Positions 18,049 through 27,537 of a DNA stretch of 35,091 nucleotides are shown piece by piece. Within the stretch, counting starts at the first letter, position 1. Each line of letters opens with the position of its first letter. The stretch is taken from the IMG/VR virus record IMGVR_UViG_3300037423_000781, positions 1 to 35,091 of that record. One strand, written 5' to 3'. The notes beneath the pieces were generated by a model. That model was not told where the DNA came from, did not search any database, and worked only from the letters and a program-made list of their open reading frames with translations. This stretch comes from a virus. Taxonomy: Duplodnaviria > Caudoviricetes. The position numbers and the translations under genes are program-made.

Positions 18049-18567
18049 TCAGACCGTGGCGCTGAACGGCGTGGCCTCGGTGCCGGTGCCGGCAAGAGCG
18101 CCGCGCACGGCCCAGAAGCCGACTGCGATGTCCTCGACGTCAATCCATTCGCCCTTGATCGTGCCACCAGTGGTGGTGCGATTGAGCGTGATGGTATCGG
18201 ACGAGGCCGCAGTCTGCCACGCCAGCGTTGCACCGGCGCCGCCATCCTGGGCCTCGAGGACAATGCCCGACATCACATCGGTCGAGTTGGCGACCTTGAT
18301 GATGTGCGAGTTCGAGGTCGGAACGGTGCTGACGAAGAAGCGATATTTCGCACCGCCTCCCGTCGACGCCGGCAGCGTCACGGTCGAGCCGGCCGCGGTA
18401 TCGAGCAAGATCGTCTTGCCTTCGTGGAGCGATTCCACGAGAGACAAGGTGGACCCTGCCGGGATAAGCGTGGCTTCGGTGTAATGAAGCCACAGCCTGT
18501 TGAGAGCACGCGTGTCGCCGGCCCAGGCTTCCTGAGCAAACTGCCGGCGTTCAGCTATATTGAGCAT
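18049..18567 (-). CDS. Putative capsid decoration protein
   Basis: 172 aa, Thr/Gly beta-rich, TVTLPASTGGGAKYRF; two genes after MCP. Confidence 0.62.
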   Translation of the reverse strand: MLNIAERRQFAQEAWAGDTRALNRLWLHYTEATLIPAGSTLSLVESLHEGKTILLDTAAGSTVTLPASTGGGAKYRFFVSTVPTSNSHIIKVANSTDVMSGIVLEAQDGGAGATLAWQTAASSDTITLNRTTTGGTIKGEWIDVEDIAVGFWAVRGALAGTGTEATPFSATV

Positions 18568-18609
18568 TTGAGCCCCTTTCTATCCTTTAGAGGTTGAAAG
18601 CGGCCCGGC

Positions 18610-19167
18610 TCAATCGCCCTGGTAGGCGACGTAGCGCAGGCACTTGGCCGCCTCGGCGATCACCGAGCCGATGGTGAAGCCAGCGCCGGACGTTCCAGCG
18701 GTGCCTTCCAGGCGCGAGATTGCCGAAGTGCCGGTTGCGCCGGCCACCGCTGTCGTGGTGGCGACGTTGTGCACCACGTTGACGGTGACTGTGGCATCGT
18801 CGATGCCGGCGGCCGCCTGGGTCGTGGTGTCGTAGACGTTCTCCGAGCCGAAGGTGCCGACGAGCGAGCCTTCCTGCACGACGAAGAAGCCTGCAGCATC
18901 GCCACCGGCCCACGAGCCGGAGGCAAGCAGCACGTCCTCGACGATCGCGGTTGCGCCAGAGGTCGCGCCCTTGATCTTGTCACCGATCGATATCTGATTG
19001 GTGCCGCCCGACGAGAACGGGATGACCCACTGCAGGAAGGCGGACGTGATGATGTCGCCGTCCGTCATGTTGAAGAGTTCCACGAACTTCGGCACGAAGC
19101 CGAGCTGAACGTTGAGGGCTGCGCCAAGACCGACGACCTGCCCGATTTTTACGTGACCACCATGCAT
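18610..19167 (-). CDS. Putative capsid decoration/cement protein
   Basis: 185 aa; AAGGAG RBS; LGFVPKFVELFN motif; directly after MCP. Confidence 0.65.
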   Translation of the reverse strand: MHGGHVKIGQVVGLGAALNVQLGFVPKFVELFNMTDGDIITSAFLQWVIPFSSGGTNQISIGDKIKGATSGATAIVEDVLLASGSWAGGDAAGFFVVQEGSLVGTFGSENVYDTTTQAAAGIDDATVTVNVVHNVATTTAVAGATGTSAISRLEGTAGTSGAGFTIGSVIAEAAKCLRYVAYQGD

Positions 19168-19218
19168 TGGATGGCTCCTTCATTGAACTGCCCGGTTCAA
19201 GGGGCTGGCTAAGGTTTC

Positions 19219-19243
19219 AAGGGCGGAGAAACACTCCCCGCCC
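19219..19243 (-). terminator. GC-rich hairpin after the major capsid gene (weak terminator or stabiliser)
   Basis: Minus strand GGGCGGGGAG-TGTT-TCTCCGCCC followed by only TT. Confidence 0.4.
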
Positions 19244-19261
19244 GGCAAATCATCAGAGCGC

Positions 19262-20275
19262 TTAGCTCAGGAAGGTCGCGGCCACCTCGATGCGGGTCAT
19301 CCAGGTCTGGTTGAGGATGAGGCCCGCGTACCAGGTCTTCCAGCCGACATAGCCGCGCTGGCCGAGCGGATCGTCCTTGGTCTTCTGACCGACCGGGATG
19401 ATCGAGGGCGAGATCGCGCCTTGCCCGCGCAGGGCGACCATCCCCCATGCGTCCTGTCCAAAGATGATGATCGGGTAGACGTCGGCCGAGGTGCCGGAGG
19501 TCGAGACCATGGTGCCGGAAGCACCGGCCTTGGCGCCGCCGGCATCGGCGAACGGGGCGAGGTCGGCCGAGGTGATGAAGCGGATTTCCTCGACGGTGCC
19601 GAACTCGTTCTCGGAGATCGGCGAGCGCTGGCCGTATTCGGCAACGGGCGTGAAGCCGGCCAGGTTGCGGATGTCCGATTCCACGTCGGTATGGCAGACC
19701 GCGACGAAGGACGCCTCGACCGGCCGCGTGGCGAAGTCGGAAGAACCGGAGAGGATCTTCGTGATCTTCATCGCCTTCTGCGACTTGAGGTAGCGGACGG
19801 CGGCGCGGAACTTGTTGAGTGAGACCGGCGTGTTGACCGCGGTGCGGGCGGTGCCGTTGGCGTAGAAGACGCTGGTGCCGGCACGCACGACGGCATAGTT
19901 GAGCGCCTCGATGGTGCGGCCGATGTTCTCGCCGGCCTGGATCGTGGCGTCGTTGAGGACGGGATCCTCGTGCATGTCCTCGATCTTGTCGGTGATCTCG
20001 ACGACCATGCCGTACTGCTTCATGGAGACCTGGACGTCTTCATAGGAGAAGGCGACGGCGGTCGGGGTAACGCCCTCGACGAGGGGCACGTTGACGGCCG
20101 CGAAGACACGCGGACGGCGGAACTTGATGGTGTCGGACTTGTTCTTCGGCATCTGCTTGGCCAGGCCAAGCTTCTCGAGCACCATTACGGGCTTGGCCCA
20201 GCGCAACATCTCCTTTTCGGCGTAGACGTTGGTGCGCTGGGAAATGCCGGGTGAGGCATAGGCTGTGGTCGTCAT
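19262..20275 (-). CDS. Major capsid protein, N4-gp56 family
   Basis: MPKNKSDTIKFRR, PLVEGVTP, QYG, DVYP, DPLGQRGYVGWK motifs; very strong codon bias. Confidence 0.93.
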   Translation of the reverse strand: MTTTAYASPGISQRTNVYAEKEMLRWAKPVMVLEKLGLAKQMPKNKSDTIKFRRPRVFAAVNVPLVEGVTPTAVAFSYEDVQVSMKQYGMVVEITDKIEDMHEDPVLNDATIQAGENIGRTIEALNYAVVRAGTSVFYANGTARTAVNTPVSLNKFRAAVRYLKSQKAMKITKILSGSSDFATRPVEASFVAVCHTDVESDIRNLAGFTPVAEYGQRSPISENEFGTVEEIRFITSADLAPFADAGGAKAGASGTMVSTSGTSADVYPIIIFGQDAWGMVALRGQGAISPSIIPVGQKTKDDPLGQRGYVGWKTWYAGLILNQTWMTRIEVAATFLS

Positions 20276-20309
20276 TGAAGCGGTCCTATCGGAGCCGCTC
20301 AGTCACCCC

Positions 20310-21368
20310 TCACACACGGCGTCTTGTCAGCCTGTCGTCCGCGTTGTCGTCACCGAATGCGGCCCAGATTGCCTGGGGATCGCCTTCCTTCGGGATCCCT
20401 GACACCCTTGGCGGTCCGCCTGGCGTCTTGGGAGAACGTGAACCGTCCAGTTGCGCCGCGCGCTTGGCACTGAGCTCCTGAGTTTGCCCGTTGCCGGGCG
20501 TCGGGCCAGTCCCAGACATGTCAGCTTTGAAGGCATCAAACACTTCGATGGCGGCAGAGGCGTCGAAGATGTGGTCGGAGTTGGTCTCGAACACGGTCTT
20601 GACGAATTTCACGGGGCGGTCCGGTGATTTGATCCAGTCGTAAAACTGTTTGGCCAGCGGACCTTGAATGTACTCTGCTTCCCAATTCGGATGTGCCTGC
20701 TCCAGAAGCTGTTGCTGCGACTGAATGTGCCTGTTGACCTCTTCGGTCTGCGCGGAGCGTTGGTCCGCCTGGATCCGGTCGAGGACTTCAAGCCGCTTTT
20801 CGATCGGTGCGAGCGCGTCTTTGACGGGCTGGGCGATCTCGGGATAGTCAGCGAGGCCCTGGTCGAGCGTGTCGCCTAGCTTGGAGCCCGGTTTGTCCGC
20901 CGCCCTGTCGGCAGAGACCTTCAGCTCCTCGAACTGCTTGCGCATCCGACCTGCGTGCGCCTTGGCGTCGTTCGCGGTCTTGCGGAGAGCAGCCATCTCG
21001 GCTTCATGCGCTGCCCGGAGCTCGGGGGACGCGTCGGCCCAGATGTCTTTGCCGGGAGGGGGAGTGGCTGCCTTGTCGCCTGCCGGCGCCGCTGCTGCCT
21101 TGTCCTGCTCACCAACGGCAGCATCCTTACTCTTATCCGCTGGCGATTCTGTGAATTCGTTCGAAACCGTTTCGCCGTTGGTCTTTTCCGGCTTCTTCTC
21201 GGCGCCGTGATCGGGGAACTCGGCCCACAGTTTCGCGGCCTCGTCCTCTTCCTGCTGCTCGGCCGAGAGCGCCTCGGCTGGCGGATCGGCCTGCTGCTGC
21301 TCGGCCGGCGGCGTGTTCGGTTGAGTTTCGACCACCTTGTCGGCGGCGTCCTTGTCTTCAGTGCTCAT
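20310..21368 (-). CDS. Scaffolding protein
   Basis: 352 aa acidic/helical, HPNW..FYDW motif, immediately upstream of MCP. Confidence 0.78.
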   Translation of the reverse strand: MSTEDKDAADKVVETQPNTPPAEQQQADPPAEALSAEQQEEDEAAKLWAEFPDHGAEKKPEKTNGETVSNEFTESPADKSKDAAVGEQDKAAAAPAGDKAATPPPGKDIWADASPELRAAHEAEMAALRKTANDAKAHAGRMRKQFEELKVSADRAADKPGSKLGDTLDQGLADYPEIAQPVKDALAPIEKRLEVLDRIQADQRSAQTEEVNRHIQSQQQLLEQAHPNWEAEYIQGPLAKQFYDWIKSPDRPVKFVKTVFETNSDHIFDASAAIEVFDAFKADMSGTGPTPGNGQTQELSAKRAAQLDGSRSPKTPGGPPRVSGIPKEGDPQAIWAAFGDDNADDRLTRRRV

Positions 21369-21383
21369 GTGCTGGCTTCCTCG

Positions 21384-21626
21384 TTAGATTCCAGACCGGT
21401 CCTTGCGCTTGGAATAGTCGCCGGCCGGCTCGACATTCAGCGGCTGGCTCAACGCCAGGATGGCGCGATAGGCGGCAATCTCGCCGCGCGCGGCATCGTA
21501 TTCCTGGTCGCTGAGGCCGGTGCGCAGGACGATCTCGGTCCGTGCCGCGATGCTCTCCTCGCAATACCGGCGCACCGTGCTCCATGTCTCGCTGGCGATG
21601 TCGATCTTAGAAATAGCCGCCTCCAT
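21384..21626 (-). CDS. Small conserved post-portal protein (80 aa)
   Basis: SETW..ARGEIAAYRAIL; lies between portal and scaffold. Confidence 0.7.
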   Translation of the reverse strand: MEAAISKIDIASETWSTVRRYCEESIAARTEIVLRTGLSDQEYDAARGEIAAYRAILALSQPLNVEPAGDYSKRKDRSGI

Positions 21627-24027
21627 GCTGCTCGCCTGCCGGCTGCTTCTGCGTCACCGCAGCCTCGACTGCCGCGACGCGCTCCTTGGTGTTGACGTCC
21701 ATCTGCTTGATGGCAATGGCGACCTGGTTGTCCTTGTCGCTCTTCTCAAGCATGGCCCGGAGCTTCTCCATGTCCATGTTCTGGGCGGCGGCGAGCGTCA
21801 TCATCGCGGTGTCGCGGGCGAACTTGGCGGCTCTGAGCTTGTAGTCGCCATCCATGTTGGCGATCTCGATGTCGGCCTTGATGCGATCCATCTGGGTTTG
21901 GCGCTTGATCTGCGCGAGCTCGGCCGAATTGTCGGGCTGGGCGTCTTTCTTGGCTTGCTCGGCGGCGATCGCCAGCACGGCGTCGATCTGCTCGTCGGAC
22001 AGCATCACCTCGTCGGCCGGGATCATGTGCGCCTGGAATATCTTCCTCAACAGGTCGCGGTTCTTCAGCATCGGGCCGTAGACCGGGTGGCCGCCGAAGT
22101 TCATGGCAATCGCCATCAGGCTCTGCGCCTGCATCTCGCGCACCAGGAGCACCGAGGAGCCGGTCGCCTTGACGTCGTAGTCGCCCTTGATCTCCTGGTT
22201 CGGGTTGAACTGCATGTTCCAGTCGTAGAGCCGGCGAAGGTCGGGCACGGTGACGTCGTCGTCGAAGTTCTTGATGCCGTCCCGGAAGACAACATTGGCG
22301 TTGTTCATGGTCAGGACCGTGGTGCCGAACGGCGTGTTCTTCGGCACGTCGCCGACCTCGCCCTGCGCCATCTGCGGGATCGTCGACACCATGTCGGTGG
22401 AGCGCTCGGCGAGCACGATGATGTTCATCAGCTCGGTCTGGTTGTTCTGGATCTGGAAGACCTGGAACGGCGGGTTTTCCTTGGTGATGCCCTTCACCGC
22501 ATTCCAAATCTTGCGCGGCCTGATCTTCCAGTCGCCATCGGCCGGCTCGATCGTCTGCTTGTCGATCACCACCTGCGGACCCGACGAGATGCCGGCATTG
22601 TCCATCATCGTGCGCCAGGCGGCGTTGTAGGCGGACTGCAGGTCGCGCAGGATCGACGGCATGCCGTAGCCGAAGACGCAGGACTCGTCCTTGACCAGGT
22701 TGAACACCGAATACATGCACTCGCCCGAGTCGTAGGGGTAGAGCGCGAATTTCAGCACCTCGCCTTCGCAGAACCACACGCAGGCATTGACCTGCGCCAG
22801 CGGATCGACTTCGGCGGTCAGGGTGTAGGCGGCCTCGTTGCCCGTCGCCAGGGCCAGCATCCGCATCTGTTCGGGTTCCAGCGGGCCGTTATATTCCCAC
22901 ACATGATAGACCGGGCCGGAGACGCCCTGCGCCTCGCCGCGGATGTTGCGAAGCTGGGAGATATAGGCCGGAACGCCGGTGATCGGCTTCGATGCCAGCA
23001 GCCGGCGCAGCGCGTCGACATCGAAGCTCTTCAGCCTTTGCAGTTCCCTGAGCTTCTTGGGATTGAGCAGATGGCGCTCGAACACGCCGTTGCCGTCCTC
23101 GATCTTGGCGACGTCCATGTCGGGGAAGAAACCCCATGGATCGACGAGGCGGAAGCCTGGCTGGTCGCCTTCAGCAATGTCGAGGTAGTGCTGGCCCTCG
23201 ACCTTGGGCTGGCCGGTGACAGGATCGACGATCGGCTGGCCGTCTGGGCCTGCGACCGGCTTCTGCTTCCAGCCGCGGCGGACGCGATCGCCGGTGACCG
23301 GCCCCTTGGTCACGCCGGTGCCAATCTTCATGGCCCAGTCGATCTGGTCGCGCTTGATCGACTGGTAGCGGCATTCGGTAAGCTGGTCGTCCATGGTCTC
23401 AGACATCAGGCTCGACCGGCGGCGGGCTTCTTCGAGCACGGCATTGAGCTTTGCCCAGGCTTCCTTGGCAAGCTGCGCCTGCTGGGCGAGCTGCTGCGCC
23501 TGCTGCTGCTGTGCCGCAGGGTCTTGCGGCGCGCCTGGCGGCTGTCCCGGCTGCGGCTGTGCCGCCTGCTGCTGGGCTTCCTTGGCCTGCTGCTCGAGTT
23601 GCCGCGCCTGGTTGGCCGCAGCTTCGGCCGCCTCTGTCATGCGCGGTACCGGCGTCGGCTGGATCGCCCAGTTCTTCTCGTCGGTCGGGAAGAGCAGATC
23701 CTTGAAGCGGGCGCCCATGGCGTTGGTCTTGGGCCGCGTCAGGTTGATGAACAGCCGCGAGCGCTCTTCGGCGACGAGGTTCTTCTCGGTCTCGCTGTCA
23801 TAGCGCGAATGGTACTGCTCGAGGTCTTCGATCCAGCGGTTTTCGATCGCCTGGCGCAGGCCGACACGGCGGTTGGCCTCCGATAGCAGGTCGCCGACAA
23901 TGCCGCGCATGGCCTGGTTGAGCTTCTCGGCCCCGACCGATGCCCGCGCGTCGTCGAATTCGGGGGAGTTGGTCGGCTGCTGATCAGCCTGCACAGGCTG
24001 CGATTGGTAGGCGAACGGCTGTCCCAT
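21607..24027 (-). CDS. Portal protein
   Basis: 806 aa; FINLTRPK, GTGVTKGP, VDPWGFFPD, FGYGMP, YDWNMQF; coiled-coil C-terminus; directly follows the TerL nuclease gene. Confidence 0.88.
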   Translation of the reverse strand: MGQPFAYQSQPVQADQQPTNSPEFDDARASVGAEKLNQAMRGIVGDLLSEANRRVGLRQAIENRWIEDLEQYHSRYDSETEKNLVAEERSRLFINLTRPKTNAMGARFKDLLFPTDEKNWAIQPTPVPRMTEAAEAAANQARQLEQQAKEAQQQAAQPQPGQPPGAPQDPAAQQQQAQQLAQQAQLAKEAWAKLNAVLEEARRRSSLMSETMDDQLTECRYQSIKRDQIDWAMKIGTGVTKGPVTGDRVRRGWKQKPVAGPDGQPIVDPVTGQPKVEGQHYLDIAEGDQPGFRLVDPWGFFPDMDVAKIEDGNGVFERHLLNPKKLRELQRLKSFDVDALRRLLASKPITGVPAYISQLRNIRGEAQGVSGPVYHVWEYNGPLEPEQMRMLALATGNEAAYTLTAEVDPLAQVNACVWFCEGEVLKFALYPYDSGECMYSVFNLVKDESCVFGYGMPSILRDLQSAYNAAWRTMMDNAGISSGPQVVIDKQTIEPADGDWKIRPRKIWNAVKGITKENPPFQVFQIQNNQTELMNIIVLAERSTDMVSTIPQMAQGEVGDVPKNTPFGTTVLTMNNANVVFRDGIKNFDDDVTVPDLRRLYDWNMQFNPNQEIKGDYDVKATGSSVLLVREMQAQSLMAIAMNFGGHPVYGPMLKNRDLLRKIFQAHMIPADEVMLSDEQIDAVLAIAAEQAKKDAQPDNSAELAQIKRQTQMDRIKADIEIANMDGDYKLRAAKFARDTAMMTLAAAQNMDMEKLRAMLEKSDKDNQVAIAIKQMDVNTKERVAAVEAAVTQKQPAGEQHGGGYF

Positions 24028-24774
24028 CTACATCCCTGCCCGGCTGTCTGCTGCACGAAAGGCTGCGACGGAAGGCCCGGCAGACGGCAGCGACGCCACC
24101 TTGTCCCAGGTCATCCAGAGGTAACGCATGGTGTCCATGAGGTGGTCGTTCTTCTTCACGACGGCTCCGTGCTCGTCGCGACGGTATACGCGATACTCCA
24201 TCTTGAAATGCTGAAGCGTCTTGAAAATCTTGAGCCGGCCGAGCGCCAGCGCCTGCCAGACCTGTTCAAGCCCGGTGGCTTGCTCATTGTTCGCTGGAAT
24301 GAGTTTCAGCTTGCAAGGCTCGCTCTGATACTCCGACATCATTTTGATCCCGTCGCGCTGTCCGCTACCTGCGGAAGCAGGATCGATGCAGCCGCGAATC
24401 CAGTCGCCGCGCGCCCTGATCGCCGCGGCATGGATGATCGGCAACTGCTGGCCCTGGTAGTGCTCGGCATAGAGATAGATGACGCCGGTCGCCGGATCCT
24501 GCGCGCCCCAGATGGCGGCGGTGCGATTCCAGCCGACGTCGAGTGCATAGCCGCGCTTCCAGAACTTGCCGATCGGGAACGGGTCGACCTCGATATCGGA
24601 GATCGGGATCGGGTAGATGGCGCCGGCGCCCATGGAGGGCTCTCCCTTGGTGCGGGCATCACGCAGCCATGGCGGCGTGGCGGCGAGCAGCTCGGCCTGT
24701 GCCTTAGGATCGATATGCGGCACGTCCTGCCAGCCCGCCTGCACGACATACTTGGATGAGGAGATTTCAGGCAT
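24028..24774 (-). CDS. terL: Terminase large subunit, C-terminal part (lid + RNase H-fold nuclease, 248 aa)
   Basis: ATG 24774 (TGATG coupling); WQDVPH..RDARTKGEP..GAIYP, ALDVGWNRTA, IDPAS, KNDHLMDTMRY (P22 gp2-type). Confidence 0.9.
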   Translation of the reverse strand: MPEISSSKYVVQAGWQDVPHIDPKAQAELLAATPPWLRDARTKGEPSMGAGAIYPIPISDIEVDPFPIGKFWKRGYALDVGWNRTAAIWGAQDPATGVIYLYAEHYQGQQLPIIHAAAIRARGDWIRGCIDPASAGSGQRDGIKMMSEYQSEPCKLKLIPANNEQATGLEQVWQALALGRLKIFKTLQHFKMEYRVYRRDEHGAVVKKNDHLMDTMRYLWMTWDKVASLPSAGPSVAAFRAADSRAGM

Positions 24775-25379
24775 CAGCCCTTCATCTCGCCCATCTTCTG
24801 CATCATCTCGCGACGGCCGGGAGGCGGATCGCCCATCAGGCTGGCGGTGACGTTGCGCTTCGGTTCCGCCGGCTGAGCCTTCAGCGGTGCATCGCGCGGC
24901 TGCTCGCCGGAAAACAGCTTGGTGACGCCATGCGCGGTCTTGATGTTGGCGACGCCTCCGGTGGCCTGCTTTCTCGGCGCCGTCTCGTCGGCCCATTTCG
25001 GCAGCACGATCTCGATGAAGCCGTTTGAGTTTTCGACCGGTTCCCACTTGCACCATGCACTCGGCTCCGAGCGATTGACGAAGGCGGCCTGGTGGCCGAG
25101 CTTGATCAGGAAGAAACCGCCCTTGCCGGTGGTGCGCTCCTCGGCCTTGGTGTTGGCGGCGCTGTTGTTCTTGCGCAGACGGACGAGGCCGTGGTCATCG
25201 CCCTCTCCGATCATCACCTCGATGCCGTCGCCATTGCCGATGTTCGCCTGCTTGGCGACAGAGGCGTTGAGGCTCAAGGTGATGGCGGCTGGCGATGCCT
25301 TGCCCTTGCGCAGGCTGCACTTGATGCCGGTGCCGACGCTGGCCGGCTTGAACTCGATGGTGGCTTTGACGAATGCCAT
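24774..25379 (-). CDS. Hypothetical protein, possible AbrB/SpoVT-like fold
   Basis: GAGGAG RBS; ITLSLNASVAKQANIGNGDGIEVMIG..LVRLRK resembles a swapped-hairpin pattern (tentative). Confidence 0.65.
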   Translation of the reverse strand: MAFVKATIEFKPASVGTGIKCSLRKGKASPAAITLSLNASVAKQANIGNGDGIEVMIGEGDDHGLVRLRKNNSAANTKAEERTTGKGGFFLIKLGHQAAFVNRSEPSAWCKWEPVENSNGFIEIVLPKWADETAPRKQATGGVANIKTAHGVTKLFSGEQPRDAPLKAQPAEPKRNVTASLMGDPPPGRREMMQKMGEMKG

Positions 25380-25440
25380 GGTCTTTCACTCCTCGTGTGA
25401 AGTGGCGACACTGGCACGGCGCATCTGAAAAACGTGTGCC

Positions 25441-25617
25441 TCAGCCGAGCTCGCGCAGATCCTTGGCTTCCTGTTCGAGAATTTGCGCTGCCTCTTCAGC
25501 CGACATGCTGGTGAGCATCAGGGCAATGCAGGCTTCCAGATAGGTGGTGGATGAGCGGCGCAGATAGTCTCTTACCGCTTCGTCCGACATCTCGTTGATC
25601 CGGCGGATGTCTTCCAT
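25441..25617 (-). CDS. Small helical protein (58 aa; below ORF-track cutoff)
   Basis: Hand translation MEDIRRINEMSDEAVRDYLRR..EQEAKDLRELG; AGGAAG upstream; fills the gap. Confidence 0.65.
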   Translation of the reverse strand: MEDIRRINEMSDEAVRDYLRRSSTTYLEACIALMLTSMSAEEAAQILEQEAKDLRELG

Positions 25618-25627
25618 GGCTTCCTGC

Positions 25628-26839
25628 CTACGCAGTCATTGCGACGAGTTCGGCATCGGTGAAGGTGAGGTTCGGACTGATCGCGAACCGCTCATTGATG
25701 CCGTAGATTGAATTCTGTCCTGCGCCATTGGTGCCAAGGTCGAAGTGGTCGAGCGCGACTTCAAGCGTTGCGTCCGTGTCGAGGTTTCCGAGCACGCCAT
25801 TGGCCGCCACTTTGATCTGGCCAGATCCGCTTGGACCGGTCACATATCCGGCAACCTTGTTCACTTGGTTGAGCCCGACGCGCCACACACCGTCAGCCGT
25901 CTTCGACAGGCCCGGGCCGTTGGAGAACTTTACCGCGCCGCCGGCGCCGGTAGCATCGACCGAGCAGAACAGGTTGGTTGCGCCGGTGATGATGAAGCCA
26001 CCCGTTGCCCGCTCGCTGCGGCCTTGCCAGTAGAAGGCAAAAGCGTTCTGCGCCACGCCGATGATCGGGCCAGCGTCGGCGATGTCGGCGCTCGGACGCG
26101 ATTGCGAGCCGAGGATCGTGGCACTGGTCGTGGCTATGCGGTACTGGGTTCGGACGTTGAGCGAGTTGGGCGGGTTCGAGTAGATGTTGACGAAGTCGGC
26201 GTCGATGGCATCGCCAGCGGTCTGCAGCCTGATGCCGACAACCGGGTTCGTGACAGCCGCCTGGACCGCGACGACCTGCGAATAGACACCGGCGCCCGGC
26301 GTGACCGCGAACCAAGTCGTGCCACCATCGACTGTGACATCGACGCCACCTGTACCAGTGATGCGCTTCAGATCCATCTGGATGAGGATGGTCGACGAGG
26401 CCAGGGTGATTGTCTGCAGCCACGTCGCGTTCGCACCGGTCGCCGTTAGGCGCGTCGCCGCATTGGCAACGCCGTCGGCACCGGCGGACGTCTTGGCCGC
26501 CGTGCCAAGGCCACCACCGTTGACCCAGACGGCATTCGTCAGGTCGCGCGCCCACAGGTTCCTGCAGGTGCCATACGACGGGTACTGGTAATGGCCGGCG
26601 TCCGTGCGCCGCAAGCCGGAACTGGCCTGCAGAACCAATATACCGGACGCATTCGGGATGTAGGTAGCGGTGATGTTGTTTGGGTCGCGGAAGGCCCGGC
26701 CGTCGTTGTTGTTGTTGCCATATGGCTGGGTGACACCCTTGGCGGACGGTGTCATGAAGTCGATATCGTATTGGAACCGCGACAGTGGCGGGCCAAGATT
26801 GCCCACGCCCATTGTGGCAAAGAAGAGCGCCTGGTCCAT
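25628..26839 (-). CDS. Putative head fibre/spike with carbohydrate-binding-like beta-sandwich domains
   Basis: 403 aa Gly/Thr/Ala beta-rich; RNL..DLTNAVW..ATRL module followed by a LamG-like C-terminus (NKVA..AANG..LGT..TDAEL). Confidence 0.62.
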   Translation of the reverse strand: MDQALFFATMGVGNLGPPLSRFQYDIDFMTPSAKGVTQPYGNNNNDGRAFRDPNNITATYIPNASGILVLQASSGLRRTDAGHYQYPSYGTCRNLWARDLTNAVWVNGGGLGTAAKTSAGADGVANAATRLTATGANATWLQTITLASSTILIQMDLKRITGTGGVDVTVDGGTTWFAVTPGAGVYSQVVAVQAAVTNPVVGIRLQTAGDAIDADFVNIYSNPPNSLNVRTQYRIATTSATILGSQSRPSADIADAGPIIGVAQNAFAFYWQGRSERATGGFIITGATNLFCSVDATGAGGAVKFSNGPGLSKTADGVWRVGLNQVNKVAGYVTGPSGSGQIKVAANGVLGNLDTDATLEVALDHFDLGTNGAGQNSIYGINERFAISPNLTFTDAELVAMTA

Positions 26840-27315
26840 CAGGTCAGGACACCGCGCAGCCTGACCGTCACGTCCGTGGTCGAGGTGAGCGTGAAGCCGG
26901 TTCCGTCGATCAGCAGGCCATAGAGGTTCTGGCCATCTACCGGACGCACGGGGACATTGATCGCATCGGTGCTGTAGGCGTTGGGCGTGCCGCAGTCAAA
27001 GAGCGTGGTGACAGGGATTGCCTTTGCCAGCTTGAGCATGTCGGCCCCGGCGAGCGCCAGGGCGGCATTGTCGGCCACGCTGCCGCCATTGGTCGGGATG
27101 CTGTCGAACAGCAGCAGAGTGAGCGTGGAAGTCACGGCGGACTTGATGCCAACCTGTACGCCGGTGATCATGACGATGGTCGGCGGGCCGCTGTTGCTGG
27201 GAATGGGGAAGGTGAGCAGGCCGCCGACGATGTCGTTGGCGCTATAGGCGCCGTTCGTGGTCGTCAGCGTCTGCGCATAATCAATGCCGGACGACCCGAC
27301 TTTGGAATTGGACAT
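26839..27315 (-). CDS. Beta-rich virion accessory protein (possible fibre base)
   Basis: 158 aa; AYSANDIVGG..LLLFD..DNAA..LYGLL; TGATG-coupled to the 403-aa gene. Confidence 0.62.
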   Translation of the reverse strand: MSNSKVGSSGIDYAQTLTTTNGAYSANDIVGGLLTFPIPSNSGPPTIVMITGVQVGIKSAVTSTLTLLLFDSIPTNGGSVADNAALALAGADMLKLAKAIPVTTLFDCGTPNAYSTDAINVPVRPVDGQNLYGLLIDGTGFTLTSTTDVTVRLRGVLT

Positions 27316-27349
27316 GCTTGCTTCCCTCTTCGTCTAAGGTCGAGAGGGT

Positions 27350-27535
27350 CTAACATGGCGGCGCTGGCGAATGTCTGAAGCGGGTTGGGTCAGCATGATG
27401 AGGGCACGGCTCGACCAGGTATCCGCCAAGCTCATACCCTGTCTTAACGACTGGATCGCTTTCCGCGCGATATTTGCAGCCGCACTTGCGAACGGAAATT
27501 CGTCTGCGAATGCCAAGTTCGAGGGTGGTTTCCAT
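27350..27535 (-). CDS. Possible small Cys/His protein (61 aa)
   Basis: ATG 2 nt after the TerL-N stop; CGC..CPHH; atypical codons. Confidence 0.4.
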   Translation of the reverse strand: METTLELGIRRRISVRKCGCKYRAESDPVVKTGYELGGYLVEPCPHHADPTRFRHSPAPPC

Positions 27536-27537
27536 CG

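Noticed and set aside
19209-19448. Frameshift extension of the major capsid protein
   Set aside because: No slippery heptamer is evident near the MCP stop, and the alternative frame adds only a short non-descript tail.
16568-23886. Plus-strand ORFs of 788, 460 and 336 aa opposite the portal and head/tail genes
   Set aside because: High-GC antisense shadows of well-supported minus-strand genes.
24775-27537. Intron or split intein as the cause of the terL break
   Set aside because: The gap is filled with ordinary coupled ORFs. There is no RT or homing nuclease, no intein terminal residues at the ends of the halves, and no evident intron structure. Not formally excluded without RT-PCR.
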